64,000 bases of DNA from Octopus sinensis (lineage: Eukaryota), in assembly GCF_006345805.1 (NCBI RefSeq), contig NC_043013.1, forward strand, positions 47,988,001 through 48,052,000, given 5' to 3'. The notes below the pieces were generated by a model. It saw only the letters and a list, made by a program, of their open reading frames with translations, was not told the origin of the DNA and searched no databases. The translations under genes and the position numbers were made by a program. Shown here piece by piece: positions 1 to 13,419 of this stretch; position 1 is the stretch's first letter, and each line of letters starts with the position of its first letter.

Positions 1-689
1 TACAAGCAGTTTCGTATACAAGAGCTTTTTTTACACATCAGAATTTATTTTATTTAGTTAAATAAAATAAGATAAATTTTTTAAAAATCCCCTTTAGATT
101 TTCTCTTCAGAGCCATTTTAATAATGCATATTTAGATTGATATTGTTTTGAAAGAACTGCTTGACTTTCTTATCATTTTCGCGTGTTATAATTCCAGAGT
201 AGATGGAATCTAATTAAATATGTTTATTAGCGTTAACAGATTTCAGTTTTACTCGTGCTGACATATTGTTACAATACAGCTACACAATGTCGGCGTATTT
301 TTATAATATTGTTCAAGTTCCCTTTAAGTGAAATTTCCATAATGTTATGTAACTGCAGATATCAATTAAAATTATTTTCTATACACTGGAATGTGCATGC
401 GTGCGCTCAGAATTGGTTTTTGCCAATGCTTATGCTGTATGTATAATTATACATTCATAATTCACAATGTAAATACGTCTAATGATACTGCCGTGTAACG
501 AATGCAGTTTATTAGATGTATAATTATATATTCCAGAACATGTGTGTGTGTGTGTGTGTGGTGTGTGTGTGTGTACAAAATTTAATATGCGTGAATTCTT
601 GTATATGTTTGTAATTTTTGCGTGTGTAGTGTAACAATGTGTATATATACGGATGTATATGTTTCTTTGTGCATGTGTGAGAAAGACAG

Positions 690-723
<34 letters not shown>

Positions 724-1073
724 TATTAGTGCCGGTGTGCGTATAATTATGTGTGTTTGTGTATGTATGTGTGAGGACATGTGATGGAAATCTTATCTTT
801 GAGTATTCTTTCTTCTTCGGTACAATTTTAATTCGAGCCCAACTTTCGCTGGCGAGAGAAATATGTCTCTGGAACTAAATAACGTTTTACAGTTGGTGGT
901 GTGTGTATGAATATATACATACATATATATATATATAGCTATGTATATGTATATGTGTGGGGGATTGCCTGTATATAGGTTAGCTTATGTATATATATAT
1001 ATATATACACCTCAGTATTAGGCTGATATTTGTTGTTGTTGTTGTTGTCGTTGTGTGTGTATATATATATATA

Positions 1074-1250
1074 ACAAATTAATAAATAAAACATATGCAT
1101 ATATACATACATATATGTACGTACCTACATCTACATGTATATATATACATGCATATATGGGTACAGGACACCAAAAAAAAACGTCGAACACAATGAGAAA
1201 CGAAAACATAAACACAAAACCAAGGAAATGGACATTTTTCTTAAACAACG
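1074..1250 (+). repeat. Unclassified dispersed repeat (copy 1)
   Basis: GGGTACAGGACACCAAAAAAAAACGTCGAACACAATGAGAAACGAAAACATAAACACAAAACCAAGG recurs reverse-complemented at about 21455-21640. Confidence 0.8.
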
Positions 1251-1709
1251 ATATATATATATATATATATATACATACACACAACAACAACAACAATGAA
1301 TACCAGCCTAATACTACGGTAGACTTAAACGACTATAACCTCTCCTATGTCAGAAAGCATTATTACTTAATCTACATTATTGCAACAAAATAGAGAAGTC
1401 TGATGTAAAACATTGAACTTCTAACTTAACAGTATCTCCTCCCCGCCCCTCTTCTCTAAGCGCTGTCGCACACAGACGTATATAGACATATACATACATG
1501 CACTTGAGGGCGCACACACACGTATACCTGCACACACCAACTCATACACAAACACGCACGCGTACACATATGAACATGAGCGCACACACACATGTAAGTA
1601 TTTTCCCTTTGCTTCTTCACTGAATAAATATAACTCAATTTATTAAATTCCTTTTTTATTACATATATATATATATGTGTGTGATTGCGTGTGCATACAA
1701 AATATGTTA

Positions 1710-1721
1710 TATATATGGGAT

Positions 1722-1772
<51 letters not shown>

Positions 1773-1821
1773 ATATATATAATAATTATTATTATTATTA
1801 TGATTATTAATATAATTATTA

Positions 1822-1864
<43 letters not shown>

Positions 1865-1908
1865 TATTATTATTAATTATTATTATTATCATCATCATCA
1901 TCATTATT

Positions 1909-1941
<33 letters not shown>

Positions 1942-1957
1942 GAGAAAGAGAGATAGG

Positions 1958-2027
<70 letters not shown>

Positions 2028-2045
2028 CACAGACAGACAGACATA
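1710..2045. repeat. Compound microsatellite (AT)n-(ATT)n-(CAT)n-(GATA)n
   Basis: Directly visible tandem units. Confidence 0.95.
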
Positions 2046-2346
2046 GGTGTAATATAATTATGTGTGTGTGTACATACATATGAATTTTTGTAGGTTTGTG
2101 CCTATATATGTGTGCATGTGTTAATCAATATAAATGTATATATATATATGTAAATGTGTGTGTGCACATTTGTATTATATATACATTATATTATATTATA
2201 TATATTGTAATATATTATATATATTATATCATATATTGTATATGTTATATATATAATATATAATAATATATTATATATTACATTATTTAAATCATATACA
2301 TTATATTGTATTATATATCATACATTTCATATATATGTATAAAGAA

Positions 2347-2716
2347 GTAGGTGTGACTGAGTGGTAAGTAGCTTGCTTACAAACCAAGTGGTTCCGGGTT
2401 CAGTCCCACTGCGTGGCACCTACTTTAACCTCGGGGTGACCAAAGCCTTCTGAGCGGACTTGGTAGATAGAAACTGAAAGACGCCCGTCCTATGTATGTA
2501 TGTATGTATGTACGTATGTATGTATGTATGTGCGCATATTTTGGTCCCCCCTCCCAACGTCCACTTAACTTAGCAGTTCGGCAAAAGAGACCAATAGAAT
2601 AAGTACTAGGCTTACAAAGAATTTACTGGGATCGATTTGCTCGATTAAAGGCGGTGCTCCAGCATGGCCACAGTCAAATGACTGTGTGAAAAAGTGAAAG
2701 AGTAAAGTAAAAAGAT
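2347..2716 (+). mobile_element. tRNA-derived SINE, family 1 (octopus OK/OR-type)
   Basis: Head GTGGTAAGTAGCTTGCTTAC..GGTTCCGGGTTCAGTCCCACTGCG (A/B-box-like), central microsatellite, 3' GGCGGTGCTCCAGCATGGCCACAGTCAAATGACTG; about 10 homologous copies in the window. Confidence 0.9.
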
Positions 2717-2944
2717 ATGTGTCTATGTGTGCACATATATATATTTATACACACATGCCCGCATACACATAATATATACATATACATATATTTATATATA
2801 TACATAACTTTAAATTTTAATATATTAAAATTTTTAAATTGTTCAGGCTAAATTTGACAGTTTATGCCAAAAATTTGACAATATGCGAAACACAATATCC
2901 TTTTCAAAAATAAATGTATTTTAAAAAATCAAACCTCAACTAAA

Positions 2945-3345
2945 TTATGGGTGGGAAATCGCAGTTTAATCCAAGTAGCCATACTCATCTTCTGTCTACG
3001 GCCTCAATACCACTCCGGAACACGGCGCATGCGTTTATCGCTGTCCCTAGGAAGATCGTCGAACATCTCATTGATCTTAGCCACAAGCTCGGCCTCGATG
3101 TTGCAGACTGAGCGGTTAATGTCTTTCACAACAACCGCGCCCCATACATAGTGATCCATGAGATTACAATCGACGGTGATTAAGGTGCTAGAAATTGGGG
3201 CTGGCGAAGTCGTAGAAATTCTCCGACAACCACTTTTGACTCGAATCCTGCTGCCACTTGGCCTTCTGGCAGCAAACTTTTGCCAGCTAGGTTTTAACCA
3301 GTCTCCAACAGTTTCACATAGCCGTCTGAATTGAGCCTAAATTCC
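2945..3345 (-). mobile_element. Decayed Tc1/mariner (maT/DD37D-like) transposase, C-terminal fragment
   Basis: Minus-strand translation with frameshifts: LRLNSDGYVKLLET..SQKWLSENFYDFASPNF..DCNLMDHYVWGAV..KDINRSVCNIEAELVAKINEMFDDLPRD. Confidence 0.85.
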
Positions 3346-3729
3346 TGATCGAATTTGCCGGTAGAAACCTGGAGTGCGGACGCAGTCAGAGCGCCTGTTG
3401 TGTCCCTTCTTGCTGGGCACAGTTTCCTGGTTACAGCTGTCCCTGTCATGTTTTACAATCTTTACGGTGTTCACAGAGCATTGAGCTACATTTATTATAT
3501 CGACATTCAGTTACTCAGCACAAATCATAACAGTGTAACTCCTTTTTAATATTCAGTTTTAATATTCAGATGGCTTCCAATCCTTCATCTCAGCTAAATT
3601 GTTATTAACTAAACATTAATCTTTATGCTCCTCCAGGGCCATTGACGGTTCACCAATACATCAAGCCGCACCTGAAAAAGAGACATAAATATCGTCAAAT
3701 TTAACCAGAATACCTTGTATATCATAATG

Positions 3730-4019
<290 letters not shown>

Positions 4020-4322
4020 TACACAGATACTCGTATGGGGCATTTGTAGGGTTATTCGTATATGAGTCTGTGTAACAAATACACTTACACTATGTTAGAT
4101 TTTACTAAGAAATAAGTAAAAATAAGGTAAGTGCTAACCATTAGATAAAAAGAAAATACACGAATATATTAAAGGTAATTAAAGATGTACCTTGAAAAAT
4201 TGATTAATATTTTACAATCTATGCATCAGAGAACGATTAATTATAGAGATCCAAATTATCTGTGGTATTCCTCCTGTAATAATATATCATAGATGTAGTG
4301 TTAAAATACACAGAAAGTAGCA

Positions 4323-4490
4323 GACAAGAATGGTCCTGCAGCGGTGGTGTGTTTGCTTTCCAATCATGTGCTTCTGAGTTCAGTCCCAATACGTAACACC
4401 ATGGGAAAATATTTTTTACTGCAGCCTCCGGCCGACCAAATTCTTGTGAGTGGACTTGGTAGACGGAAACTGACAAATACCTATCGTATA
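4323..4490 (+). mobile_element. SINE family 1, diverged 5' half
   Basis: GGCCGACCAAATTCTTGTGAGTGGACTTGGTAGACGGAAACTGA matches other copies. Confidence 0.75.
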
Positions 4491-4515
4491 TACATACATA
4501 TATATATATATATAT

Positions 4516-4557
<42 letters not shown>

Positions 4558-4626
4558 GATTGATTGATTGATTCCAGTTTCAGCTCATGAGCTGTGGCCA
4601 TGCTGGGGCACCGCCATTTAGATAGA

Positions 4627-5077
4627 TATTTATATTATATAGAGGGTACTATTATTTATAGGTACCGCACGCTAGGAGGGACTTTTGCAGTCAAAACTAC
4701 TAAAATAAACAAATTGTACCGAATGCAAAACTTCAAAGCAAGTCATTTAGAAACAGAATTTAGTTACATATCACCTGTGATTTCGCAATCAATGCAGAAT
4801 ATGCATTCTATGCTCTTCAGTGCAACGAACTCAAGACATATAAGAAAAAACACAACATTACAAACCCGCAGCCAACCGTAGAATTCGCCGCAGCATGTAC
4901 GAATGTTTATCTTTACATATCTATGAAAATGGCGGGCTTATTCGCAATGCATTTCGGTAACAACTTGCCTACACGGAACAAAAATTCAGTATTGAACTAT
5001 TCCGGCGAAAAATATAAATTTAAAATTAAGAATAAATTTTACCTATGAATAATAGTACCCTCTATATAATATAAATA
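4627..5077 (-). mobile_element. Inverted-repeat-bounded cassette (37-bp arms) containing a hammerhead; probable Penelope-like derivative
   Basis: 4627-4663 TATTTATATTATATAGAGGGTACTATTATTTATAGGT is the reverse complement of 5041-5077 (1 mismatch); HHR in the spacer. Confidence 0.7.
4763..4826 (-). ncRNA. Type I hammerhead ribozyme, intact core
   Basis: Minus strand: GTTGCA-CTGAAGA-GCA..AATGCA tattc TGCATT..TGC-GAA-ATCAC ag GTGAT-A-TGTAAC; 6-bp stem I, G10.1-C11.1, 5-bp stem III, AUA cleavage triplet. Confidence 0.8.
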
Positions 5078-5181
5078 AATATTTTCAAAGTGGAAAAATT
5101 TACAGATATTTTCTCTTACGAGGTTTTTCACGCTAACTACTGATAATTTCTTATAAAGATTTTATCCTTAATTTTAAATAA

Positions 5182-5268
<87 letters not shown>

Positions 5269-5284
5269 TAGATATTCTATTTTG

Positions 5285-5696
5285 CTCTTTTACTCTTACT
5301 TGTTTCAGTAATTTGACAGCGGCCATGCTTGAGCACCGCCTTTGGTCGAGCAAATCGACCCCAGGACTTATTTTTGGAAGCCTAGTACTAGTACTTATTC
5401 TATCGGTCTCTTTTGCCGAAGTGCTAGGTTACGGGGTATGTAAACACACCAGCATCGGTTATCAAGCGATTTGGGGGGACAAGCAAAGACGCACAAACAT
5501 ATACACACATACATATATATATTTACATATATACGACGGGCTTCTTTCAGTTTCCGTCTACCAAATGCACTCACAAGGCTTTGGTCGGCCCGGGGTTATA
5601 GTAGAAGACACTTGCCCAAGGTGCCACGCAGTGGGAATGAACCTGGAATCATGTGGTTGGTAAGCAAGCTACTTAACACACAGCCACTCCTGCGCC
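5285..5696 (-). mobile_element. SINE family 1, full length
   Basis: Reverse complement starts GGCGCAGGAGTGGCTGTGTG and ends ACAAGTAAGAGTAAAAGAG. Confidence 0.92.
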
Positions 5697-5741
5697 TATA
5701 TATATATATTGTATGTGTGTGTGTGCGTACCTTTGTGTCTA

Positions 5742-6078
5742 ATGTTTGTCTCCTACCATCGCATGATAACCGGTCTGGGTGTATTTACGTCCCTGCACCC
5801 TAATGGCTCAGCAAAAGTAATTGATAGAATAAGTACCACTTTAAAAATGTAAGTACTGGGATTGATAACTGATGCTGGTGTGTTTACGTCCCCCGTAACC
5901 GAGCAGTTCGGCAAAAGAGACCGACAGAATAAGTACTAGGCTTCCAAAGAATAAGTCCTGGGGTCGATTTGCTCGACCAAAGGCGGTACTCTAGCATGGC
6001 CACTGTCAAAGAATTCTTCAAGACAGTGCTCCAGGATGGCCGCAGTCTAATGACTGAAACAAGTAAAAGATAAAAGAT
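5742..6078 (+). mobile_element. Nested 3' fragments of SINE family 1
   Basis: Two partial cores (GATAGAATAAGTAC; GGTGTGTTTACGTCCCCGTAAC) and two 3' tails. Confidence 0.75.
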
Positions 6079-6294
6079 GAATATACTAATAATACTTTCT
6101 GCAACAGGTGAGGATTTAGTCGATCAAATTCCCTGCGATACTTGGCCGGTATTTGTTTTACTGGACACCGGGAATACAAGTGACGAAACTGAGCAATGTA
6201 TTTGATGTTAAAAAGTAAAGTGTTAAACTTGTTAATGCTGTCAGTCATTTTGACTGCTATTCTAAATTCTGCTGCCAATTTACTCCCATAATAA

Positions 6295-6742
6295 ACGCTT
6301 TAATACTGGTTTCAAATTTTGGCACAAGGCCAGTAAGTTCAAGGGCGAGTGTTAGTCGATTACATCGAGCTCGTGTTCAACCAGTACTTATTTTATCCAC
6401 CCTAAGAAGATGAAAGGCAAAGCAGACCTCGGTAGAATCTGTACTCAGAACCTAAAGACGGATGAAATGTCGCTTATCATTTTTTCCCTGTGCGATAATG
6501 GTTCTACCAGCTCGTCAGCTTAATAAACGTTTTAATATTGGTTTCGAATTTTGGCACAAGGCCGGCAATTTCGGGGGAGAGGATAAGTCGATTACATCTG
6601 CCCCAGCGCCTAACTGGTACTTGTTTTATCGACCACAAAATGATGAAAAGCAAAGTAGACCTCGGGGGAATTTAAATTCAGAACGGAATGTTGGACGACA
6701 TTTTCCCGGCGTGTTAACGTTTCTGCCAGCTCGCCGCCTTAA
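6295..6742 (-). mobile_element. Head-to-tail pair of tRNA-SINE family 2 copies
   Basis: Two copies of about 220 bp (6295-6523, 6530-6742); reverse complement AAGGCGGCGAGCTGGCAGAAACGTTAAC..CTTTTCATC..GTCGATAAAACAAGTACCAG..CTTGTGCCAAAATT. Confidence 0.85.
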
Positions 6743-7084
6743 ATTGCTTTGCATAATATGAAGAGTATTTATGGTTTATACACAACAGATGCTCCGCCGT
6801 CTTCATTTGGTCTTAGAGTTTATCACTGCTGGTTAAATCATACTTTACGTGTTTGAGTATACACTAATATAAAAAAAAAGGATATTTAACAAAATTATGT
6901 AATTTATTCTCAAATCTTCTAAACTGAATGCCTTCTGCTTCCTAAACAGTTAGCATTGCTATGAAAAAATATGAAAACCCTGTGGACGTTGCAGCCATTG
7001 ATGGCTAATAAAAGAAATATAATTATGAATATTTTGATTATTTATGCAATTCATAGAGATAACACGTTTTGATATTTACGAGGA

Positions 7085-8129
7085 TCGTCAAAAAGTCATC
7101 TGTACCAGATATTACGTCATCATACCTGCGATACTCTTTTTCAGTGAAGTATTTTTTTCATTTTGAAAAACAGACGATAGTTTGATGGGGCCAAATCAGG
7201 AGAATACGGGGGCTTATCAGTCAGTTCAAAGCCACAGTCATGCACAGCAGCTATTGAAACAAAAGATTTGTGTGCTGGAGCATTGTTCTGATGAAATAGA
7301 ACCACTTTCGTCAGTTTTCCTGAACGTTTGGTTTTGATAGCCTTTCGTAACTGCCTCAGAAGGTTGGCATAGTGCTCTCCATTGATGATGGGGTCCTTTT
7401 GAAAATAGTCAACTAACACAATGCCTTTTGCATCCCAATAACTGCAGATGAAGCAACCTCGGCTTTCTTTGGAACAGGTGAGGAAGGACGTGTCCACTGC
7501 ATGGACTGACAGTTTGTCTCTAACTCAAAATGATGAGGTCGACACTCATCCTGGATTAGGAAACATTCATGAAAATCCGCTGGATCTACCTCAAACAATG
7601 TCACATTTTCCCGTCATCTGCCAGATGTCAAAATACGTGGCACACACTGAGCAGAAACCTAAATTATCCCAAGTTCCTTGTGCACAATATTTTCAACTTT
7701 CTTACTTGATATGCTTATAGCATTGGCTATTTGATTTATAGTCAATCGCCCATCGTCTACCATCATGTGGTGAACACGATCAATGTTTTCCTCAGTGGTG
7801 GCAGTTGTCGGACCTCCAAACCTTAGGTCATCTTCGAGACTCTCCCTTCCCCTCCTGGATTCAACTGACCACTTTTGCACTGTTGATAAAGCTGGCGCAT
7901 CATCCCCTAATGTAGCTACCATGTCGGCATGAATGTCGTTAGGGGCTAAACCCTTTCCTGCAGGTACTTGATAACAGCGCGCTGCGAAGTTTTGTCTATT
8001 CGCAAGAGAAGTCACACCTGGTTACTTTTGAAGCCTTCTTCAAAAGCTACTAGTAGTGTTGAAATTTCTACAAGCGAGATTTCATGGCTGTAGCATCACC
8101 GTCTATGGACTTTTCAGCCCACCTTCGTA
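7085..8129 (-). mobile_element. Decayed mariner (DD34D) transposon, near full length, 3' truncated
   Basis: Frameshifted pieces: HTH ..PALSTVQKW..GRESLEDD..; FLIQDE..HHFELET..QSMQW; WDAKGIVLVDY..HQNNAPAH..PPYSPDLAPSNY; 5' TIR-like TACGAAGGTGGGCTGAAAAGTCCATAG. Confidence 0.93.
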
Positions 8130-11100
8130 CATCTAAAAGATGTGGTGAAGTGGATAATATGTATTGCAATATTAAATTACAACCAGTCAGATTCTGAGTT
8201 TAAATCCCGCCAACGTTAATTGTGTTTCATTCTAAGGAATCGATGATATAAAATACTAAATAACTTACTAACCAATGGACTCTACACCTTCAAAAATGTG
8301 TGATTTGTAATATTGCCATTCAAATATAATTTTCATTTTGATCACCTTGTTCTCCAATTGTTATCAGCTGTCTTGTTCTTGGATGTATACATAGTAATGA
8401 ACTAGATTCTAATAACCTTTATTTCTAAACCAAGACTAATAATGAGTCAGTAGGCCAAGTGGTTAAAATTGCTATTTCTTCCTAGTTTAGAAATAAGGAT
8501 TCTTAGTTCGAAACCAGTTTGGTTTTATAACCATATGTGGGAATCTTATTGAGGACGTAGCGTAGATGTATATATTTACCAAAATTATTTCATGTCTGAA
8601 TATGAGAGAAAAAAAACTCCTGATCGCCTCACATTGCTTCTCACACATTTGGACGTTTCTTAGATATCAGTTATATTAGGATTACTAAATACAAGATTAA
8701 TACAGAAATCTTGTTATAACATTACGCATCTGCAACTATCCAGATATTCTTAGTTCAGCCATCCAGATGTTCTACCTCCCTTTTTAATTCAGCAGATTAG
8801 GTGAATGTTTAAATACTAAGTATTTAATTATATAATGACACTCTGTATGATATAGACTGGTATATACTGTTTATCCAGCACAGTAGGATAAAGTAAACTT
8901 GGATAAGATACCCGAGTTCATTTTACTTACCGTCATTCATATTTCCTTAGTTTGTGTAACCATTCTTCATTAGACTTGTTACTCTATATTCCATGTAGTA
9001 TTAACGAAGATCTGACACCGTGATTTCATCAATTGAATAAATGTGAATTATTAAACTGAGCAAACGCTTTAGAACAAGTCTACGATATTCTTTTAATCTT
9101 ATGATGTAATTTTTTTTTATTTGTAGGTTAAATGTCACACCATATTTACAGTCGATGCTCAATTGCTGTATCGCTAACTAGGAAGATGTATGTCTAATAT
9201 GGAAGAGTGTCTTGTAGGAATATCTGACATTCTACTAGAAGAGAAGTTGGTTAGCTAAGAGTAATCCAAAAACGAGTGTCTGAATGGGGATGTCAGTCCT
9301 ACCTCTGGAAACCTCATCGTGGAAAACCTCATGATAAAGTGATTTATCGCCGACAAACCAATTAAGGTATTGACTTTACTTTTCATTCTACACACAACGA
9401 ATAAATTCTTCGCATTAGATAATTTCATAGCTGTCTTTTTTTCTTTTATTGAGAGAGAGGGTGACACTAAGCATTTATGTATTAAGTCATTTGCATTTTT
9501 GAAAGCGAGAAGGATGTAAAATAACCGTTTCTTTTCTTTAAAAGATAAGGTCTTTCTTCCCAATGGAAAAAAACCACATTTTTTTTATCCAACCATATAA
9601 AAGGGTGTCCATACAAATGCGCCTGTGTTCAAACGTATTTAGTCACAGAAGATTAATTCTATGTACCAGTACAATTGACTAATGGCATCAGATGCTAGTA
9701 AGGCGTCAGTAACTTACCACCGTTAATGTCTTTCGATGGATGACTAAAAGTTATACCAAAGAAACTGGAATAAAACACGGCAAAATCTCACATATGTAAT
9801 ATAATGAGTTGAGGACATCAAGATATTCAAATAATTACTTGATAAATAACTCGTTTCTCAATGGAAATTTAGAAAATACCAAGAAAGGGAGATAACTCTA
9901 ATGAGATCAGCTGAACAAAAATATGGACGACGTGGATTAGAGTGAAACTGGTTTTTAAAACCAACTGGTGAAGACCAAGAAAGATCCGTATGCACAGAAA
10001 CAGAGGAAATGCAGTAAAGCTGAATACGAATAGATATTAGACACCCCTGGAGGGAATATTTATCAGCTAATTGCTTCCATAATCTCAGTTGAAAGATGTT
10101 TTTCCGGTTCACTGTAATGCACATGCGAAACTGTACCTGCTCCGCTTGGTGCACAGCAAAGCGCTCTACTGGGTTATTTTCTCTCAGCCATAAAATGAGA
10201 ATATACCATAATTATACAACCAGAAATAGATTTTCCTATATTAAAAGGGCTGCCATAGCAGGGAGTATCTTATTCGATAAATATGCATACAAAAATACGA
10301 GAGGGAGAAAACTGAAGCTTAAATTCAACAAATTAGATGTAACCCTCTCAGATTCAACTTGGCAAAACACTATTTGTATTATATCCATGTTGTTTGTTGA
10401 TCAATTATTGTGTCTTTTTAGAACTTTATATTATTGTGTTGGTTCATAAACCTCTTTAAGAATAAGATTATTAAACCTTCTTTTTCACATTATAAAGTAC
10501 GATGTTTGTGTTTATGTAAATTTAGAAGCGAAGCTGCGTGGAAACATGCCACTGGAATTATAAACATCACTGAGCTGTTTGGCAGCAGGAGAGAAAACCG
10601 AGACTGGATAGCATCGCTTTCATTCAAAATCATACTTATTGCTTTTCAACAAACAGTAAAAACAGAGTAAGAGGTACGTGTTCGTTGGAAATAAATAGTA
10701 TTTATCACACGTTTATGAATTATTGCTTGAACAGAGCCCGTTGTGTCAAATATTTCTTAATATTCGAATTAGATATATGTATATATGCATATATGCATAT
10801 GTATATATTAATAGATATACATCCATAGTATTATTTATAGACATGCAATGCATACAGACACACACACATATGTATGTATGTATTATGTATGTATGTATGT
10901 ATATATGCATGTATGTACTGTGTGTATTGTGTGTGTACGCGGTTACGTAGATTAATGCTTCTATTAATCAATATTCTAATAAACACGCACATTCATGCAC
11001 CGTGTTGACTGATCTCTTTAGAATCGACGGTTACGAATATTTTTCTTATTATTTTGTGATTTACTATAATGAAAATTAATGATCAGTGACTGAAAGGAGT

Positions 11101-11214
11101 TTGATACGAAGGCATATCCGTGTATGCAAATGAGAAAAGCGATGCGTGCTTCACACAGACAATTCATAATAGACTCTGCATGTATGCCTATGCATATATA
11201 CATACATACACGTG

Positions 11215-11219
11215 TATAG

Positions 11220-11274
<55 letters not shown>

Positions 11275-11373
11275 TGTGTGTGTGTGTCTATGTATCGTGT
11301 ATGTACATACGTATATAGGAATTATGTACGTATGTGTTTGTGTATATGCTTGTGTGTATGTATGAATTATGTG

Positions 11374-11429
<56 letters not shown>

Positions 11430-11515
11430 TATGTATTATGTATGTACGTACGTATATAGGAACTATGTACGTATGTGTTTGTGTATATGCTTGTGTGTAT
11501 GTATGAATTGTGTGT
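11215..11515. repeat. Tandem duplication (about 150-170 bp) of a microsatellite-derived unit
   Basis: CGTATATAGGAA(T/C)TATGTACGTATGTGTTTGTGTATATGCTTGTGTGTATGTATGAATT occurs twice. Confidence 0.85.
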
Positions 11516-11939
11516 CCGTAGGTGGGCGTTAATGTGTTGACATATTTCTTTTTAACACAGCGTACGAGTTACATTGTGTGACAAAGATATTCTGAAAAGA
11601 ACACAACAGTAATTTTTATATCATCTTAAAGATTGAAATTCGATTAGACGTGTAACATTGTAACTAGCAGCAAAAAAGGATGGATGGAGGGAGGCTGGGA
11701 GGGAGGGATGGAGGGGGAGAGAGAAGCGAAAGCATATATAAATGTGTACCTATGTGTGTTCTTGCGCATATGTGCGTACGTGCGCATATGTGTGTGTGTA
11801 TATGTATGTTTGTATGTGCATTATGCATATATATATATATATCAATATGCAAATAAAGATGTATATACACTCAGAAGCACGTATAGAGATTCATAAGTGT
11901 GCTTGTCTGTATGTGTACGTGTGTATATATACCCGCCTA

Positions 11940-11945
11940 TATATG

Positions 11946-12010
<65 letters not shown>

Positions 12011-12274
12011 ATATATATGTATATATATATGTATATATATATGTATGTATATATATATATGTATATATATATGTATATATATATATGTATATATATATAT
12101 GTATATATATATATATGATATATATATATATGTATGTATGTGTGTATATATGTATATATGTATATAAACTTACGTTCATACAAAAGTATATACATACATG
12201 TATATTATATATATATACTTATATGCATATATAAACATATGCATATATACATATACATACATATATATATATAT

Positions 12275-12361
<87 letters not shown>

Positions 12362-12362
12362 G
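11940..12362. repeat. Long interrupted (AT)n/(ATATGT)n tract
   Basis: Visible tandem units. Confidence 0.95.
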
Positions 12363-13089
12363 CATATGAAATTGTATGTGTTGCAGTGTCAGATAAAGTG
12401 GAAATTATGGCTATGAATAGATAGGCAGCGGCGGTGCGAGTTGTGGGGGGGGGGGAGAGACACACAGACGTAGTCTTCAAAAGTAAAAAGAAAGTGATAG
12501 AAGTGAAATTATGATTGCACACCGCAGTAGTAGTAATAGGAAGAGACGTTCGTATAATAGTTACCATTTTGAAAAAAAAAATGTATTCATACGCACTTGT
12601 ATTTATGAACGTGTGTGGTGTGCGTTGTTGGGTGGTGGTGATGGTGGTGGTGGATGTAAATATGTGTGTAAGTGTGTGTTTGTGGCTTGCGTATTCTCTG
12701 AAATTTTCAACTTCTAAGGAAAAAAAACGTTTTTCTTACAGCTATATACTATTCAAAGTTACTAAGCGATATTTTTTTTTTCGATTGCCAAAGCCTTTGG
12801 GCTATATTCCTACTTTCTGCATAGTTCTCTATATTGCCTATCTTTAGAACTACGAGGGTGTTGCCTGCATGTAGTTATATATAAACAGCGTTTATATAAT
12901 TTTGTGAGCACCATGTCTATATATGTGTACTATTTTTTTAATGTCAGTTGTAAGTATTGTAGATCCATTGTCTTTATACTTGTGTGCGTGTTTGATTTAT
13001 ATATATATATATATATATACAGTATACATGTGGGTGTATAAGTATGTATGCATGCGTGTACGTGTGAGAGTACAGAAAGGGGGTGTGAT

Positions 13090-13134
<45 letters not shown>

Positions 13135-13248
13135 GCATGTAGATAGATGGATATGTCGATAGATAGATACCCATACATACACACACAGAAAATACAGAAT
13201 ATATAAATATATATATATATATTCTGTATTTTCTCTGTGTGTGTGTGG

Positions 13249-13284
<36 letters not shown>

Positions 13285-13419
13285 CATACACGTATATAAC
13301 TACACCACCTATACCTAGAATGATAAGTAATAAGTTTGAGTATATAATACCATTACGAAACAACACTGATGGGAATGAAATCGGAATCTAACTTGAAGTA
13401 ACCATTTTTACATGATGTA

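Noticed and set aside
70-120. CTGAAGA with an AAAATCT/GGATTTT stem on the minus strand
   Set aside because: GAAA is replaced by AAAA and stem I is eroded; too degenerate to call.
3609-3672. Minus-strand acceptor TATGTCTCTTTTTCAG followed by VRLDVLVNRQWPWRSIKINV*
   Set aside because: Could be a terminal exon, but there is no recognisable product and no partner exon identified.
9255-9563. 102-aa ORF MGRKTLSFKEKK...
   Set aside because: Only a vague resemblance to a transposase N-terminus; no diagnostic motif could be confirmed.
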